Shown: positions 12,361 to 26,955 of the stretch, in pieces
How the letters are laid out: each line of letters starts with the position of its first letter
Position numbering within the stretch: position 1 is the first letter of the stretch
DNA from: Octopus sinensis
Taxonomy: Eukaryota
Assembly (NCBI RefSeq): GCF_006345805.1
Contig: NC_043013.1
Location: forward strand, 16,678,001 to 16,742,000
Length of the DNA: 64,000 nucleotides
Direction of reading: 5' to 3'
Program-made: the position numbers and the translations under genes
The notes under the pieces: generated by a model
The model's input: the letters and a program-made list of their open reading frames with translations, nothing else
The model's database searches: none
What the model was told of the DNA's origin: nothing

Positions 12361-14459
12361 GCTGAACAACTTTAATAGACAATGTCATCTACCTGGTAAT
12401 CACCTATCATAACCATTTCTAATCAGGTTTGGTTTGTCAAGAGTGTTTTTTCTCAAGTCGTCTGTGTCTACTAATTCTTGAATTACTGTTTTGGAAACTG
12501 GAAATTGAAAAAAAAACCATATTGGTATTTGTGGACAACATCTCAAGGAAGTTGGTCACTATGGACATCGTGATAGTCAGGACTATTCTAAAGAGAGATA
12601 AGGACATAATGGGAACAAAAGTTAACTGAAGTTGTTAACCTGACAGCTTGCTCCTGGAAAGAGAAGTCCAGGTTAACCAGCATTGTGGAGTGCTGGACTG
12701 ATGGTCCAGTTAATTTACTTGGGATCACATTCAATTCGGCCCTCCAAGTGTATAGAAACTGAGACAATATTATGAACAGTCCCACCCAGAAAGGGGCTGA
12801 TATCAAGTGGAGGTGAAAAATGGGTACATCACACTCCATGTATTAGCACCTGATTGTATCATGCCTTGCCTTATTTTTAACTGACCACTGCAGATGAGCC
12901 TAATCGTGAGACAGTTTAGGTTAGAAAATGGTTTCATAACTGGTTATGAAACATGGGGAAACGTCTTTTAGCATAGCCTGTCTTTGAGTATAGACTTAAT
13001 CTTTAGCCCTGTTTAACAGTACCCCCTGGCCCTCAGTTGCTGTAAGAGGAATCCATTTTGTTAGAAACATATAGGCCAAGAATATAACTTTTCCTCATTA
13101 GTCTTTGAAAACCAGAAAAAAAAAAAATCATCAGACACTGCTGTCCTTTTTCCTCTTAGACATAAAAAAATATTATGATCTCAACACTTATTGTGGTCCT
13201 TTAGTGACCTCTTTAGTGAAACCCAGCAGCCTGAAGTCACAGAAGTTGATATGATGGCTTCCATTACTTGAATCAGTGCAAGTTGGCAGTGGAGAAGGTC
13301 CTCCTAAAGAATGGTAGCAAGTGTAAGAACAGTGGAAACAAGTTTAGGGAATTGGAACTTCTACATATAACAAAAAAAAATTCTCTCTCTCTCTCTCTGT
13401 AGAAGTACAGGTTGTATTGGTGTTTATGTACAAAGTTCAATGTTCCATGGAAGTGAAACATGAGTCTTGAATGCAGGGGATAGAGATGGGAAGGCTGGGA
13501 ATGAAATGATGTGAGCCTTCTCTACCATATATGTAATTGTACTTGGATGATGGTGAAAAATGGGTACATCACACTCCCTGTATTAACACCTGATTATCAT
13601 GCCTTGCCTAAAATGTGTTTAGAGAAAAAAAAAATGGCTGCAAGAGGGATCAGATGAAGTATGTGAGGAAAAAGGATGAGCAGTCATATGACGCTTGTGA
13701 AGGTTAATAGTTGGGTAAATAAGTATCAAGTAATACCAATGGCTGGAATCTATAGATGATAAAAGACCACAGCTAATGGTGAGATGCTGGAGATGTTTCC
13801 AAATATGGAAAATCAGACAGAAGATGATGATGACGAAGATGGTGATAGTGATAATTTTGTTGATAGCATTAGAAATGAGTCGCTATAGTTACAAATAACC
13901 AACTTGAATAACAGCCCCCCACCCTTCCGTGTTATAAAGACTGTTTATATAACATCCCGGATTTATTGACAGACTTGCCAGCCAGAATTGATTCAAGGAA
14001 TCCTTATACATATATATATAATTATACATATACACACAACACATTTGTGCATGTGTAAATAGGTATGTACTCTTAATGTATAAAAACATGTATGTACATA
14101 CAGATGTGTATATATACACGGATGAAAGAATATTTTTTTTTATTCTATCAGTAATTATTGTCTTAAAGAGCTAACAATAGAGCCATTACATAACCACTAC
14201 TCATGCTAGAATAACAGTCACTTGCCTCTTACATCACACTCTCCTGTCTTAATAGGAATTGATGCAAAATAATATAGTCCTAATAAAATAGAAATATTAT
14301 TATTTCTAAATCTCTCAAAGAGAGTTATTCAGTAGGAGTTCCTTAAAGTAAAAGCTATTTGCCAACATAATGCGGCTCCAGAAACCGGTCTACAGATGTT
14401 GTTTTGCACTGGATTGGATTGCTGAATTCCCTATTTAAAAATATATCTGGAATCTGGAA

Positions 14460-14833
14460 GCACTCCATCAGTTACAACGACGAGGGTTCCGGTTGATCCG
14501 AATCAACGGAACAGCCTACTCGTGAAATTAACATGTAAGTGGCTGAGCACTCCACAGACACGTGTACCCTTAACGTAGTTCTCGGGGATATTCAGCGTGA
14601 CACAGAGAGTGACAAGGCCGGCCCTTTGAAATACAGGTACAACAGAAACAGGAAGTAAGAGTGAGAGAAAGTTGTGGTGAAAGAGTACAGCTGGGATCAC
14701 CACCATCCTTGCCGGAGCCTCGTGGAGCTTTAGGTGTTTTCGCTCAATAAACACTCACAACGGTCTAGGAATCGAAACCGCGATCCTATGACTGCGAGTC
14801 CGCTGCCCTATCCACTGGGCCATTGCGCCTCCA
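14460..14833 (-). mobile_element. SINE family D (tRNA-derived head GGCGCAATGGCCCAGTGG..GGTTTCGATTCC)
   Basis: Pol III A and B boxes on the minus strand; related copies at 24600-24890(-) and 37087-37245(+). Confidence 0.8.
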
Positions 14834-15125
14834 CAATATAAGGACACAGATATTATGTCGTATAGCCAGCTAGAAATGATGTTTCCTGGAGTTAAACAGC
14901 AATGTAGTCCTAGTTATCCCTAAAGCCAAGCAATTGTTGCAACTGGAATACCTCTGGTCATGGGTCCACACGATCAGATTTAATCTGGAGTTAATCCCTA
15001 ACTAGGCACAGATATGTCTGTACATGTATGAAATTAACTTCTCAACCACAAGGTTTCAGGTTCAGTCTCATTATGTGGCAGCTTGGGCAAATGTCTTCTA
15101 CTATGACTCAGAACTAATCATTACC

Positions 15126-15353
15126 TATTTCTTTACTACCCACAAGGGGCTAAACACAGAGAGGACAAACAAGGACAAACAGATCAAGTCAATTATATCA
15201 ACCCCAGTGCGTAACTGGTACTTATTTAATTGACCCCGGAAAGGATGAAAGGCAAAGTCGATCTCAATGGAATTTGAACTCAGAACATAATGGCAGACGA
15301 AATGCCGCTAAGCATTTCGCCCGGCGTGCTAACGATTCTGCCAGCTCACCGCT
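15126..15353 (-). mobile_element. SINE family A with 15-bp TSD, inserted in a family B SINE
   Basis: TSD GAACTAATCATTACC at 15111-15125 and 15354-15368. Confidence 0.88.
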
Positions 15354-15904
15354 GAACTAATCATTACCATTAGTGAATTTAATTTACAGAAACTGAAATA
15401 ATTTACTCTGCGTTCTCTTCATGTAAATTTCTCTCTCCTTGCTCAGGGTTTATAGTTTAAGAATAGGTACACCATGTCCCTATTCTAAAAGGGTTGGCAG
15501 CAGGTGTAAAATATTGCTTTAGAAAACCCGGATCTGAAATGATGGTGTACCTAGATTACAGTTTTTAAGACTGTAGATAAGATGAGGGTGTGTCTTGTAT
15601 GAGTAAGTGACCACACAATAAACTTCCTTAATGATTACTATTACTACAAGTAATAGTTGACTTCTATTACTACAAATAATAGTAGTAGCAGCAGTAACTG
15701 TAGTTGGGTGTGTTTAAAGAATGAGAACTATTCAAACAACAATGTATGCAAACCATTGTATTGATTCTTTAGGTTTCTTAGGTCAAAAATCTCCAGGTGA
15801 TGTGGGGAGTAGGGTAAGGCTTTAGCCTGTTGGATTTAGCCCAGACATTCTAGACCAGCTTGGTCAGTCTGGAGTAACTTTCACGTAAATACAATGAGAC
15901 TTAA

Positions 15905-16215
15905 TCATCATCATCATCATCATTTAGCGTCCATTTTCCATGCTAGCATGGGTTGGACGGTTCAACTGGGGTCTGTGAAGCCGGAAGGCTTCATCAGGCC
16001 CAGTCAGATCTGGCAGTGTTTCTACGGCTGGATGCCCTTCCTAACGCCAACCACTCCGTGAGTGTAGTGGATGCTTTTTACGTGTCACCCACACAGGTGC
16101 CAGACAGAGCTGGCAAACGGCCACGAACGGATGGTGCTTTTACGTGCCACCAGCATGGGGGCCAGGCGAGGCTGGCAACGGACATGAACGGATGGTGCTT
16201 TTACGTGCACCATCC
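15905..16215 (-). mobile_element. Repeat family C (GGAGTGGTTGGCGTTAGGAAGGGCATCCAGC core, (GAT)n tail; SINE or LINE 3' end)
   Basis: Recurs at about 19670(+), 20467(-), 25150(+), 28265(+), 31895(-), 40740(+), 50490(-), 57485(-) and 63680(-), usually ending in (GAT)n. Confidence 0.8.
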
Positions 16216-17579
16216 GCTCGTGTCCGTTGCCAGCCTCGCCTGCCCCCTGTGCCGGTGTGGTTTTAAATTTTAGCACAAGGCCAGCAACTTTGGAGGCGGG
16301 AGTAAGTTGATTACATCAACCCCAGTGCTCAGCTGGTACTTAATCAACCCTGAAAGGATAAAAGGCAAAGTCAACCTTGGCAGAATTTGTATTGAGAACG
16401 TAAAGAGGGATGAAATGCTGCTAAGCATTTTGCCCAACATGCTAATGATTCTGCCAGCTCACCTCCATAATGGAGCTTGGTATTGCAAACCATTCTATCT
16501 GACATTTTACAACTCCTTTGCTGCAGTGAATTTTCTGCTAACAATAGCAAAATTCTTTCTAAAATATATTTATACAATGCCAGTAATTTTAGGGGAAGAG
16601 GGTAGTCAGTACCACTGATCCCAGTATTTGACTGGTTCTTTATTTTATCAGTCCCCGAAAGGATGAAAAGACAAAGTTGGTCTCGGCAGGATTTGAACTC
16701 AGAACATAAAGAGTCAAAACAAATGTTTGAAGCTAGTTTTTACGGTGTTCTACTAATTCTGGTACTGATTACTGACAGCTGAGTTATATGACTAGTAAAC
16801 TATGGTCTGAGGAGGAATCACATTGATCTAGTACCTAGTTGTACTTATGGTACATTCACCCAGAGTGGGCTGAGCCACCTGTGACCATTGAGTTCACCAC
16901 GTCCCTCACAAATGCTGACCCCATCAAACACTACCCAAAAAGTGATGTTGCATGTTTGACAAATGCCCCATTGTGAGAGCACACACATCTGATAGTGCGG
17001 ACGCCATCGCCATAGCCACCATTCACTGTTGAAGTGTGGATGGAATTCATGTTCAGATTTTCAGTGGAAATACAAGTTCACATGTGGTACCTGATACCTG
17101 TTACGGAGGTGGACTGGTTGGTAGACTTTGGCCTGAGATTGAATCACACTGATCTGTTGGTTTGTCTGATTAGTGGACTGTGGTCAAAGATCCAACTACA
17201 TCGATCTGCTACTTATTACTCACAGTTAGGTAGGCAGTGTTCTGGAGCAGAACAATATTGATCTTGTACCTATATGTTACAGTGAACAAGTTTGTTTTAC
17301 CTATTGTTCTTGACATACGACTAAACAGATAATTTTCTTTACTCTTTTGGTACTTACACTGTCACTTTTGTTTTTGAATAAGCTACAAGAGGAGGAAGTG
17401 GAGGAGTTCAGTGCTTCTGACTTTTGACCAAATGTAATTGAGGAAGTTGATGTTCAATAAGAAATTAAGGCAGGGAATAAGCTACAGGGAGAAGCAAAGC
17501 CTGCACAAACTGTTTTGATGCAAGATCTAGAAGATTATCAGAGAATAAAATGCATGGCATTTCGAATGAAAATCAGATA

Positions 17580-17900
17580 CCGTAAATCCTCGAGTATAAT
17601 CCGCATTTTTTTCCCCAAAATTTAAAGGTCAAAATCCCTAGTGCGTACTATATACGAGGTTAAAAATGAAAAATATTTTCTATGCAATGTCCGATTCTCT
17701 ATTTGCTGTCCGGCAATGTGTATTCAGACACATTTTGCGATGTTGGGCGCAAAAATACTTTAAGCTAAGCCTGAAAGCAATGAAGTCATAAAAGAATTAT
17801 CCATAATTTGCAGTAAGCAACATTTATTAAATGTTATTACTGTTATTTCTTTATTTTCTGCAAACAAAATGCACAAAAAAGCTACACGTTTGCATTTATA
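17580..17900 (+). mobile_element. TA-flanked Tc1/pogo-type DNA transposon left-end fragment
   Basis: TA followed by CCGTAAATCCTCGAGTATAATCCGC; a reverse-complement end of the same family lies at 53940-54047. Confidence 0.6.
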
Positions 17901-20900
17901 TATATGATCAAGGAATTTTGGTTAGTATAGCAGCAATATTGTCTTAGATATGTTAGCAGTACTCATGTGGGACACACTTGAACTTTGTAGTAGGTTAACA
18001 AGCAGGGCTAAGGTATTTTTGGGACTTTAATTAGCTCTTTCGTGATTATATTTCTAAAGAGTAGACTACCTGTTGTTCAAAGAGCATTCAAAATAACCAT
18101 GGCTTTTATACATTAGTTTTAAATTTTGGCACAAGGCCAGCAATTTTGGGGGAGGAGGTAAGTCAATTACATTGACCCCCACCCAGTACTCAATTGAAAG
18201 GATAAAAGGCAAATGGTGAGATTTGAACTCAGAGCTCAAAGATTGATAAGATACTGCTAAGCATGTTGCCCATCACAGTAATGATTCTGCCAGCTTGTCA
18301 CCTTCCTAACTTTATATATTGATACATTATGTTGGTGTTGACTAACTGAAATCTCTAGGCACCATTCATGTTATAAGATGTCAGTCAAGGGGCAGTTATA
18401 GGTGGGGTTGTTATTTGAAGAGTTAAATATGCTGTCTAACTTTTGCGATATATTTTTGACAATGTTCTACATATTGAAACTCCATGAAAATTCAGTGACT
18501 CTTGTGAAATTACCCACTCTCTCCTTCCTCCCTTCATCCACTGTCTGTATTCTTCCTTATACTCATTTCTTGTCCCTCAAGTTCATTCTGGCACCTTATC
18601 ATCGCCATCTTTATCTTTCCAATTACTCTCTGTCACTCTATCACGTTTGATACCCTAACCCCAATGTTTGTTTTGTCTGTCCTCATATCGTCCCCTCTTT
18701 TTCTCAACCTTATGGTGAATAAAGAAATACTCTTATATAAAGTTGGGTAGCCATGTATCTCTCCTCTGGAGTAAGATACCAGTGCTTGTCCCTCTATCAT
18801 ATTTTAGCCTCTCGCCACCTGTATCTTCAATACAACCTGCACCACCACCACCACTTAGTCATGAGGACTTTCCCTTCTCTTTCTCTTGCAAGTTACTTGT
18901 CAACTATACTAGTGTCAGTGTCATAAGAAAAGCAGCCAGTAGACTCTGTAAAGTAGCTGGCATTAGGACGGGCATCCAATTGTAGAAACCATTCCAAAAC
19001 AGACAATGAGATTCGACAAAGCCCTGCATCCCATTGAATCCTGCCAAATCATCCAACCCATGCCAATATGGAAGACAAATGTTAAATGATGATGGTGACA
19101 ATGATGCTGATGATGTGTATTTAGCATGTGTTGACTGTGAAAGTTTTTAGTTGTTTGTTGATCATTAAAGAGGTGTGTTACACGTGTGTTGGTGCTATTG
19201 AAAGAACAGAGTTGTCATGCCCCCCCCCCCATTAGACAAGGTTTCCAAGGTCTCCAATCATACAAGTAGTTGAACTTTTCAATGAGGTGTTTAGGAGTGT
19301 GTAAAAGGTTATCCATACTGCTGTTTTTCTGACCGATACCTGTGTGTGGAATATTAAGTAAAAGTGATGACTGGTGTCATCATCATCAGTGTAAAAGTGT
19401 GAGCGTGATTAGAAGCGACAGTAAAGTGGGTCAGCTACTGAAAGAAGAGAATACGTAGTATCTTTTGATATCTAAAATTAATACAAAAACTGTTCATTAC
19501 GTTTACAATCACATTACTTATTTATTCATAGTTGGAACAAATACTTTTACAGCTGAATGCTTCAGCATGAAGTAAGGCTGGTGGGTGGAGTTGAAGGTGG
19601 GAGGTGAAACTTGTTTTGCATCAGTCAAGCAAGCTGGAGTAAAATGAAGCTCAGTGTGTTCTATTTTGCCAGTACCGCCAGACTAGCCCCCCCCCCCCCC
19701 CCCCGTGCCGTAAAAAGCACCCACTACACTCTTGGAGTGGTTGGTGTTAGGAAGGGAATCCAGCCGTAGAAACTCTGCCAAATCAAGATTGGAGCCTGGT
19801 GCAACCATCTGGTTCGCCAGACCTCAGTCAAACCGTCCAACCCATGCTAGCATGGAAAGCGGACGTTAAACGATGATGATGATGATGATTCCAGCTAATT
19901 ACTGTACTTGCTCTTGTGTCAGCATTTATCTGGGATGGGTTTGGACAACGGCATCCAAGAAGTCCACAGAAACTGACCATGACTAGTGATCATAGACACC
20001 TGACATAGAGATGATTGGTAAGACGTAATTCCACTGGCAGTCATTATAAATGTGAGAACCAGGTATTGATTCAAGATCCAACTTAATAATATTACTCCAG
20101 GTTTTCAACTGGTCACTTCATCATATACCAGTAATTATTGGGGGTACTTTAGTTATGTATAACTAACTGACTCAGCACTGATCTTGAAGTTGAACTTCAC
20201 AATGCCAAAAATGTCATGGTTAATTAGGAAATTATAATTAGATGCTTTTAATGGAATTGTAAAACTATGTAAAACATTTTTGAAGTTTAAGGCTTTCTGT
20301 AATGTGTCAAAGATATGAATACATTCACACATGCATACACATACATAAGTGAAAGTAGATAGATACACACACACAGCATACATATATTGTGTGGATACAT
20401 ACAAACATCCATGCACATATATACATACATGCACATATATATACATACATACACGCTTATTCATATATCATCATCATCATCATTTAGCGTCCGCTTTCCA
20501 TGCTAGCATGGGTTGGACGGTTCAACTGGGGTCTGGGAAGCCAGAAGGCTGCACCAGGCCCAGTCTGATCTGGCAATGTTTCTACACCCACACATATAGA
20601 CATACAAGCATAAAGATACGTGCATTCATACACACATACACATCCATGCAACCACATACATACAAATACGCATACATTCAGTCCTTACAGGCATAAATCG
20701 ACATACAGACATACATATACTCACATGCATAACTACCTAGTTAATGCTGTCTAAATTCTAATGAAAGAGGTTTGTTTCTGGTTGAAAACAAGTTCTTTGA
20801 TGAGAAAATTTGGAATAAAACTCTCAATGTGGAAATGCTAATCCATTTGAACATAAAACAGAGATAAAATATTTAGGCCAGATATAGCTGGTTTAAGTGC

Positions 20901-22123
20901 TAGAGTTAAGGGACACAGCTGTGTGGTAAGAAGCTTGCTTCCCAACCACATGGTTCTGAGTTCAGTCCAACTGTGCAGCACTATGGACAAGTGTCGTGTA
21001 CTTTAGCCTTTGGGCTGGCCAAGGTCTTATGACTGGATTTGATAGATGGAAACCGAAAGAAGTTTGTGTGTCTGTATTTGTCCCCAGCCACCGCTTGACA
21101 ACCAGTGTTGGTGTGTTTACATCCCCTGTAACTTAGTGGTTTGACAAAAGAGACCGATAGAATAAGTACTAGGCTTGGAATAAAAACAAGTACTTGGATT
21201 GAATTCATTTGATTAAAAATTCTAATGACTGAAACAAGTAAATGATAAAAGATAAACATATATATAAATGTGTGTGTGTGTATACATATATGAATGATAA
21301 TTTCACTTAGGGCTTAGTAATACTAATAACCAGTTGCTAGAGCTCATTCTGCATAGCATACTAGTTAATGAATGATAAGGGAACAAGAGTCATGTCAACT
21401 TCATTAGTCTCCAGATGGCGTAGGAGTGGCTGTATGGTAAGTAGCTTGCTTACCAACCACATGGTTCTGGGTTCAGTCCCACTGCATGGCACCTTGGGCA
21501 AGTGTCTTCTACTATAGCCTTGGGCCGACCAAAGCCTTGTGAGTGGATTTGGTAAACGGAAACTGAAAGAAGCCCGTCGTATAAATGTGTGTGTGTGTAT
21601 ATGTTTGTCCCCCCAACATCACTTGACAACTGATGCTGGTGTGTTTACATCCCTGTAACTTAGTGGTTCAGCAAAAGTGACTGATAGGATAAGTACTAGG
21701 CTTACAAAGAATAAGTCCTAGGGTTGATAAAATAGGTTCCAGCTGAACACTGAAGTCAATGTAATAGACTTGCCCTCTTCCCCAAAATTGCTGGCCTTGT
21801 GCCAAAATTTTTAACCAAAATTATATCTGACCAATAATTTAAAGATCTGTGGTAATAGTTATTATCATCTTCATTATAATGCTTGTTTTTTTCCAACGCT
21901 TTCAAAAGAATGGCCTACTCACTTCTACTCACACACACTGCATGTACATATATTTATGTAAGTGACGCACAGACATATATATATGTATATATATATATGT
22001 ATATATGTATATAAATATATATATATATGTGTGTGTATATATATATGTGTCGTCCAACCCATGCTAGCATGGAAAACGGACGCTAAATGATGATGATGAT
22101 GTGTGTGTGTATATATATATACA

Positions 22124-22455
22124 CGCATGGCTCAGTGGTTAGAGCGTCGGGCTTACGATCGTGAGGTTGTGAGCTCGAATCCCGGACCGGGCTGCGTGTT
22201 GTGTTCTTGAGCAAGGCACTTTATTTCACGTTGCTCCAGTTCACTCAGCTGTAGAAATGAGTTGCGACGTCACAGGTGCCAAGCTGTATCGACCTTTGTC
22301 TTTCCCTTGGATAACACTGGTGGCGTGGAGAGGGGAGGCTGGTATGCATGGGCGACTGCTGGTCTTCCATAAACAACCTTGCCCAGACTTGTGTCTAGGA
22401 GGGTAACTTTCTAGGTGCAATCCCATGGTCATTCATGACCGAAGGGGGTCTTTAC
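22124..22455 (+). mobile_element. tRNA-derived SINE (V-SINE-like)
   Basis: A box TGGCTCAGTGG, B box GAGCTCGAATCC and core GTGTTCTTGAGCAAGGCACTT. Confidence 0.75.
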
Positions 22456-22460
22456 ACTTT

Positions 22461-22568
22461 TATATATATATGTGTGTTTATATATATATGTGTGTGTATA
22501 TATGTATATATATGTATATATATATATGTGTATATATATGTATATATATATATATGTGTGTGTAGATG

Positions 22569-22599
<31 letters not shown>

Positions 22600-22631
22600 A
22601 TATATGTGTGTGTATATATGTGTGTATATAT

Positions 22632-22669
<38 letters not shown>

Positions 22670-22676
22670 GTGTATA

Positions 22677-22767
<91 letters not shown>

Positions 22768-22774
22768 GTGTATA

Positions 22775-22815
<41 letters not shown>

Positions 22816-22875
22816 ATATATATATATGTGTATATATATGTGTGTATATATATATATATATACATGTGTATATAT

Positions 22876-22915
<40 letters not shown>

Positions 22916-22972
22916 GTGTGTGTATATATATATATACATATATATATATATACATATATATATATGTGTATA

Positions 22973-23016
<44 letters not shown>

Positions 23017-23134
23017 ATATATTACATATATATATATATGTGTGTATATGTATGTATATATATATATATATGTGTGTGTATATGTATGTATATATATATA
23101 TATGTGTGTGTATATATGTATATATATATATATA
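22461..23134. repeat. About 670-bp compound (TA)n/(TG)n microsatellite
   Basis: Almost purely TA/TG/CA dinucleotides; this tract is the source of the Y/I/C/V-rich spurious ORFs. Confidence 0.97.
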
Positions 23135-24097
23135 GCGGTGTACGTACACTTTGTTCTCTTATATATACATATGTACTGTACCCATTTATACAATGAGGTC
23201 ACTGTCCTGAAATTTATGTTTACATTTTTCCTCTGCCTATTACATCAGTGTTTATGTGTGTGCGTATAGATTTCTATCCCATAGAACTAGCGGTTTTTTT
23301 TTTTGTTCTCATTTTTACAACATGGTTATTGCTCTGTGTGTATGTGTGTGATATACATGTACATAAATTTTCAAGTTTTAACTATATATGTCATGTATAG
23401 ATAAAGAGAAAAAGGGTGAGGGAGAGAAGTGGACATGTTTTTGTGTGTGTGTTTAAGTGTTTAACCATGTACGTCATATATACATGAGGAAGGATAATGT
23501 GACAGAAAGAAGTTGTGTGTGTGTGTGTGGTGTGTGTGTGTGTGTGTGTGCACATGCCTGTGTGGTTAAGAAGTTACTTTTGTAAGCACGTGATTTCAGA
23601 GATAAAGTCTCATAACTTGCTATCATGGACAGATGTGTCTTATGAGCAGAATTCAGTTGATGGAAACTGTACAGAAACCTGCCATGTTTTGTGTGTGTGT
23701 GAGTGTGTGTTTCTGAGTGGAAAGAGAGAGAAAGGGAGATTGCAAAATGTAGTCCTAAATACCCTATCATTATTGGTTTCAAATTTTGGCACAAGACCTA
23801 GAATTTCAGGGGAGGGGTAAGTTGATTACATCAACCCTAGTACCCAAATAATACTTATTTTGTTGAACCCCCCCAAAAAAAGGGATGAAAGGCAAAGTCA
23901 ACCTTGGCGGAATTTGAACTCAGAATGTAAAGACAGACAAAACTTTGCTGAGCATTTTGCCCGACGTGCTAACAATTCTGCCAACTTGCCGCCTTAAAAT
24001 ACACTGTCATTATTATCATTGGTTTACATCTGCCTATTTATGCTAGTATGACTTGTACTTGAGTTTCTTGAGACAATATTATACGGCCAATATTATA

Positions 24098-24485
24098 GGC
24101 GCAGGAGTGGCTGTGTGGTAAGTAGCTTGCTAACTAACCACATGGTTCCGGGTTCAGTCCCACTGCGTGGCATCTTGGGCAAGTGTCTTCTGCTATAGCC
24201 CCGGGCTGACCAATGCCTTGTGAGTGGATTTGGTAGACGGAAACTGAAAGAAGCCTGTCGTATATATGTATATATATATGTATGTGTGTGTCTGTGTTTG
24301 TCCCCCTAGCATTGCTTGACAACTGATGCTGGTGTGTTTACGTCCCTGTCACTTAGCGGTTCGGCACAAGAGACCGATAGAATAAGTACTGGGCTTACAA
24401 AGAATAAGTCCCAGGGTCGATTTGCTCAACTAAAGGCGGTGCTCCAGCATGGCCACAGTCAAATGACTGAAACAAGTAAAGAGAG
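24098..24485 (+). mobile_element. SINE family B, near-complete copy
   Basis: GGCGCAGGAGTGGCTGTGTGG head through AAATGACTGAAACAAGTAAA tail; highly similar to 27590-27997(-) and 55027-55425(+). Confidence 0.85.
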
Positions 24486-26197
24486 CCAGATACCCTTCCT
24501 ACCACTAAACCTTCTACTCAATTCTTGAAACTCAAGAACACAATGTACTTCCAGTAAGATGTTTTGCCACTTATTAAAATGATAAACGTCATCCTTTTGA
24601 AGCCTAGCCAGGCTCATGGGCCCAGTTTCCTGGTTTCTGTGGCGAATGTGTTCCCCCCAGCTGGACGGGACACCAGTCCATTGCATCATTACTCAAGAAA
24701 CAGGAAGAGAGAGTGAGAGAAAGTTGTGGCGAAAGAGTACAACAGGGGTCGCCTCCACCCCCTGTCGGAGCCTCGTGGAGTTTTTAGGTGTTTTCGCTCA
24801 CTAAACACACACAATGCCCGGTCTGGGAATCGAAACTGTGTTCCTCCAACCGTGAGTCCACTGCCCTAACCACTGGGCCATTGCGCATCCACCTGCCACT
24901 TATTACTGAAACAAGTAAATGAAAATATATATTTACTACATCGAGCGTGATCGTTACCAGCGTCGCATTACTGGCACTCGAGCCTGTGCTAGTAGGGTAT
25001 TAAGAGCACCATCTGAGCGTGATCATTGCCAGAGCAGCTATTTGGCTTCTGTGCCGGTGGCACATAAAAGACACTATTCGGGCGTGATCGTTACCAGCAT
25101 TGCCTTAGTGGCACCCACGCCAGTGGCATGTGTAAAAGATTCAAGTGATGTCATTGCCAGTGCCGCCTGACTGGCCCCGTGCCGGTGACATGTAAAAGCA
25201 CCCACTACACTCTCAGAGTGGTTGGCGTTAGGAAGGGCATCCAGCTGTAGAAACTCTGCCAGATCAAGATTGGAGCCTGGTGCAGCCATCTGGTTCACCA
25301 GCCCTCAGTCAAAATCGTCCAACCCATGCTAGCATGGAAAGCGGACATTAAACGATGATGATGATGATGATGATGATACTCTATCAAACACATTTTTGGT
25401 GAAGTGAGAAATTGAAGTAGATCCAAATAGAGATACACAAGTGTGATTGAATGTAACATGAGATTGATTCCTTTCTGTCACAACTCACATCTTATATCAT
25501 CGTCAACTATCAATGCAGTGCCTCTGTATGTATATAGACAGAAGATGTATATGTGTGTGTGTGTTGAAAGAGGGAAAGAAAGAAGAGGGAGGGTAGGAGA
25601 GAAACAAGAAGAGATAACAGTTGTTTTGCCACATGTCCTACTAATAATTAATTAAAGTTTTATCTTGTACTTTCTGTGAAAGGTTTCGAGGGCAAAGTGG
25701 TTATGAGGTCGTGTGGGGAAAGGTTGGGGCAAAGAAATTTATGATGATGAAAATTTAGCTCTGAAATTTTCATTGTATTTGTGTGTGCATGCACATCTGA
25801 ATGTATTTCAGCTTCCCATTTTGTATTTACACACACACACACGTGTGTGTGTGTGTATCATGTATGTCCCTTGATGTTACCAATATAATACACACATACA
25901 AACATGTAAGAGTGTGTGTGATTGTGTATGTGTATATACTTTTGCAATAAAATGGATGACTGTAACTTCAAAGTTTAAGGTTGCTCACCTTCATCGGATA
26001 GTCTGATAAAGGCCAGCAGGCCAAATAATAGCTTGACACTGAAACACACACACACACATATATTTTGGTGGGGTACTTAGAATACATACCTGTTAGTTTG
26101 TTGAGTCATCCTGACAAAAATCCCTTATATATATACTTGCAATAGCTGAAAATTTTGGATAAGGGACAAAGTAAATTACTGCAATATATATATATAT

Positions 26198-26440
26198 GGA
26201 TGGCCGGATGGACCACCTCCACTCTCCCTAGCAAAGATAATGCCCGCCCAGACCAGGTCTGGGTTAAGGCAGTCACCCTGCTTGTGACCTCACTCCAATT
26301 CTTCTCTATCTTGAGATCTGAGCCATACCAGAACCCTACCAACTTAACAGGATCTTCTGTCCAACACCCCACAACATTATTGGACGACATTGACTTACCC
26401 CTCAAGGTACCAAGTTGCAAGCCAACCAACTTGTCCTGCT
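26198..26440 (-). mobile_element. L1/Tx1-clade LINE ORF2 fragment
   Basis: W..DPVKLVGFWYG..KNWSEVTSRV..TWSGRALSLLGRVEVV matches the post-RT W..R.LSL.GR motif of Tx1/L1 elements. Confidence 0.7.
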
Positions 26441-26442
26441 CG

Positions 26443-26955
26443 TGCGTAACTGGTACTTATTTAATCGACACTGAAAGGATGAAAGGCAAAGTCAACCTCG
26501 GCTGAATTTGAACTCAGAACGTTAAGACAGATGAAATACCTATTTCTTTACTACCCACAAGGGGCTAAACACAGAGGGGACTAACAAGGACAGACAAACG
26601 GATTAAGTCAATTATATCGACCCCATTGCATAACTGGTACTTAATTTATCGACCCCGAAAGGATGAAAGGCAAAGTCGACCTCGGCAGAATTTGAACTCA
26701 GAACATAACAGCAGATGAAATACCTATTTCTTTATTACCCACAAGGGGCTAAACACAGAGGGGACAAACAAGGACAGACATAGGTATTAAATCGATTACA
26801 TCGACCCCAGTGCGTAACTGGTAGTTAATTTATGGACCCCGAAAGGATGAAAGGCCAAGTCGACCTCGGCGGAATTTGAACTCAGAACGTAACGGCAGAT
26901 GAAATACCGCTTAGCATTTCGCCCGGTGTGCTAATGTTTCTGCCAGCTTGCCACC
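26443..26955 (-). mobile_element. Tandem multimer of SINE family A (period 184 bp)
   Basis: GAAATACC recurs at 26533, 26717 and 26901 with homologous intervening sequence. Confidence 0.85.

Noticed and set aside
22429-23269. Long overlapping ORFs of up to 253 aa (Y/I/C/V-rich)
   Set aside because: Translations of a TA/TG microsatellite, not genes.
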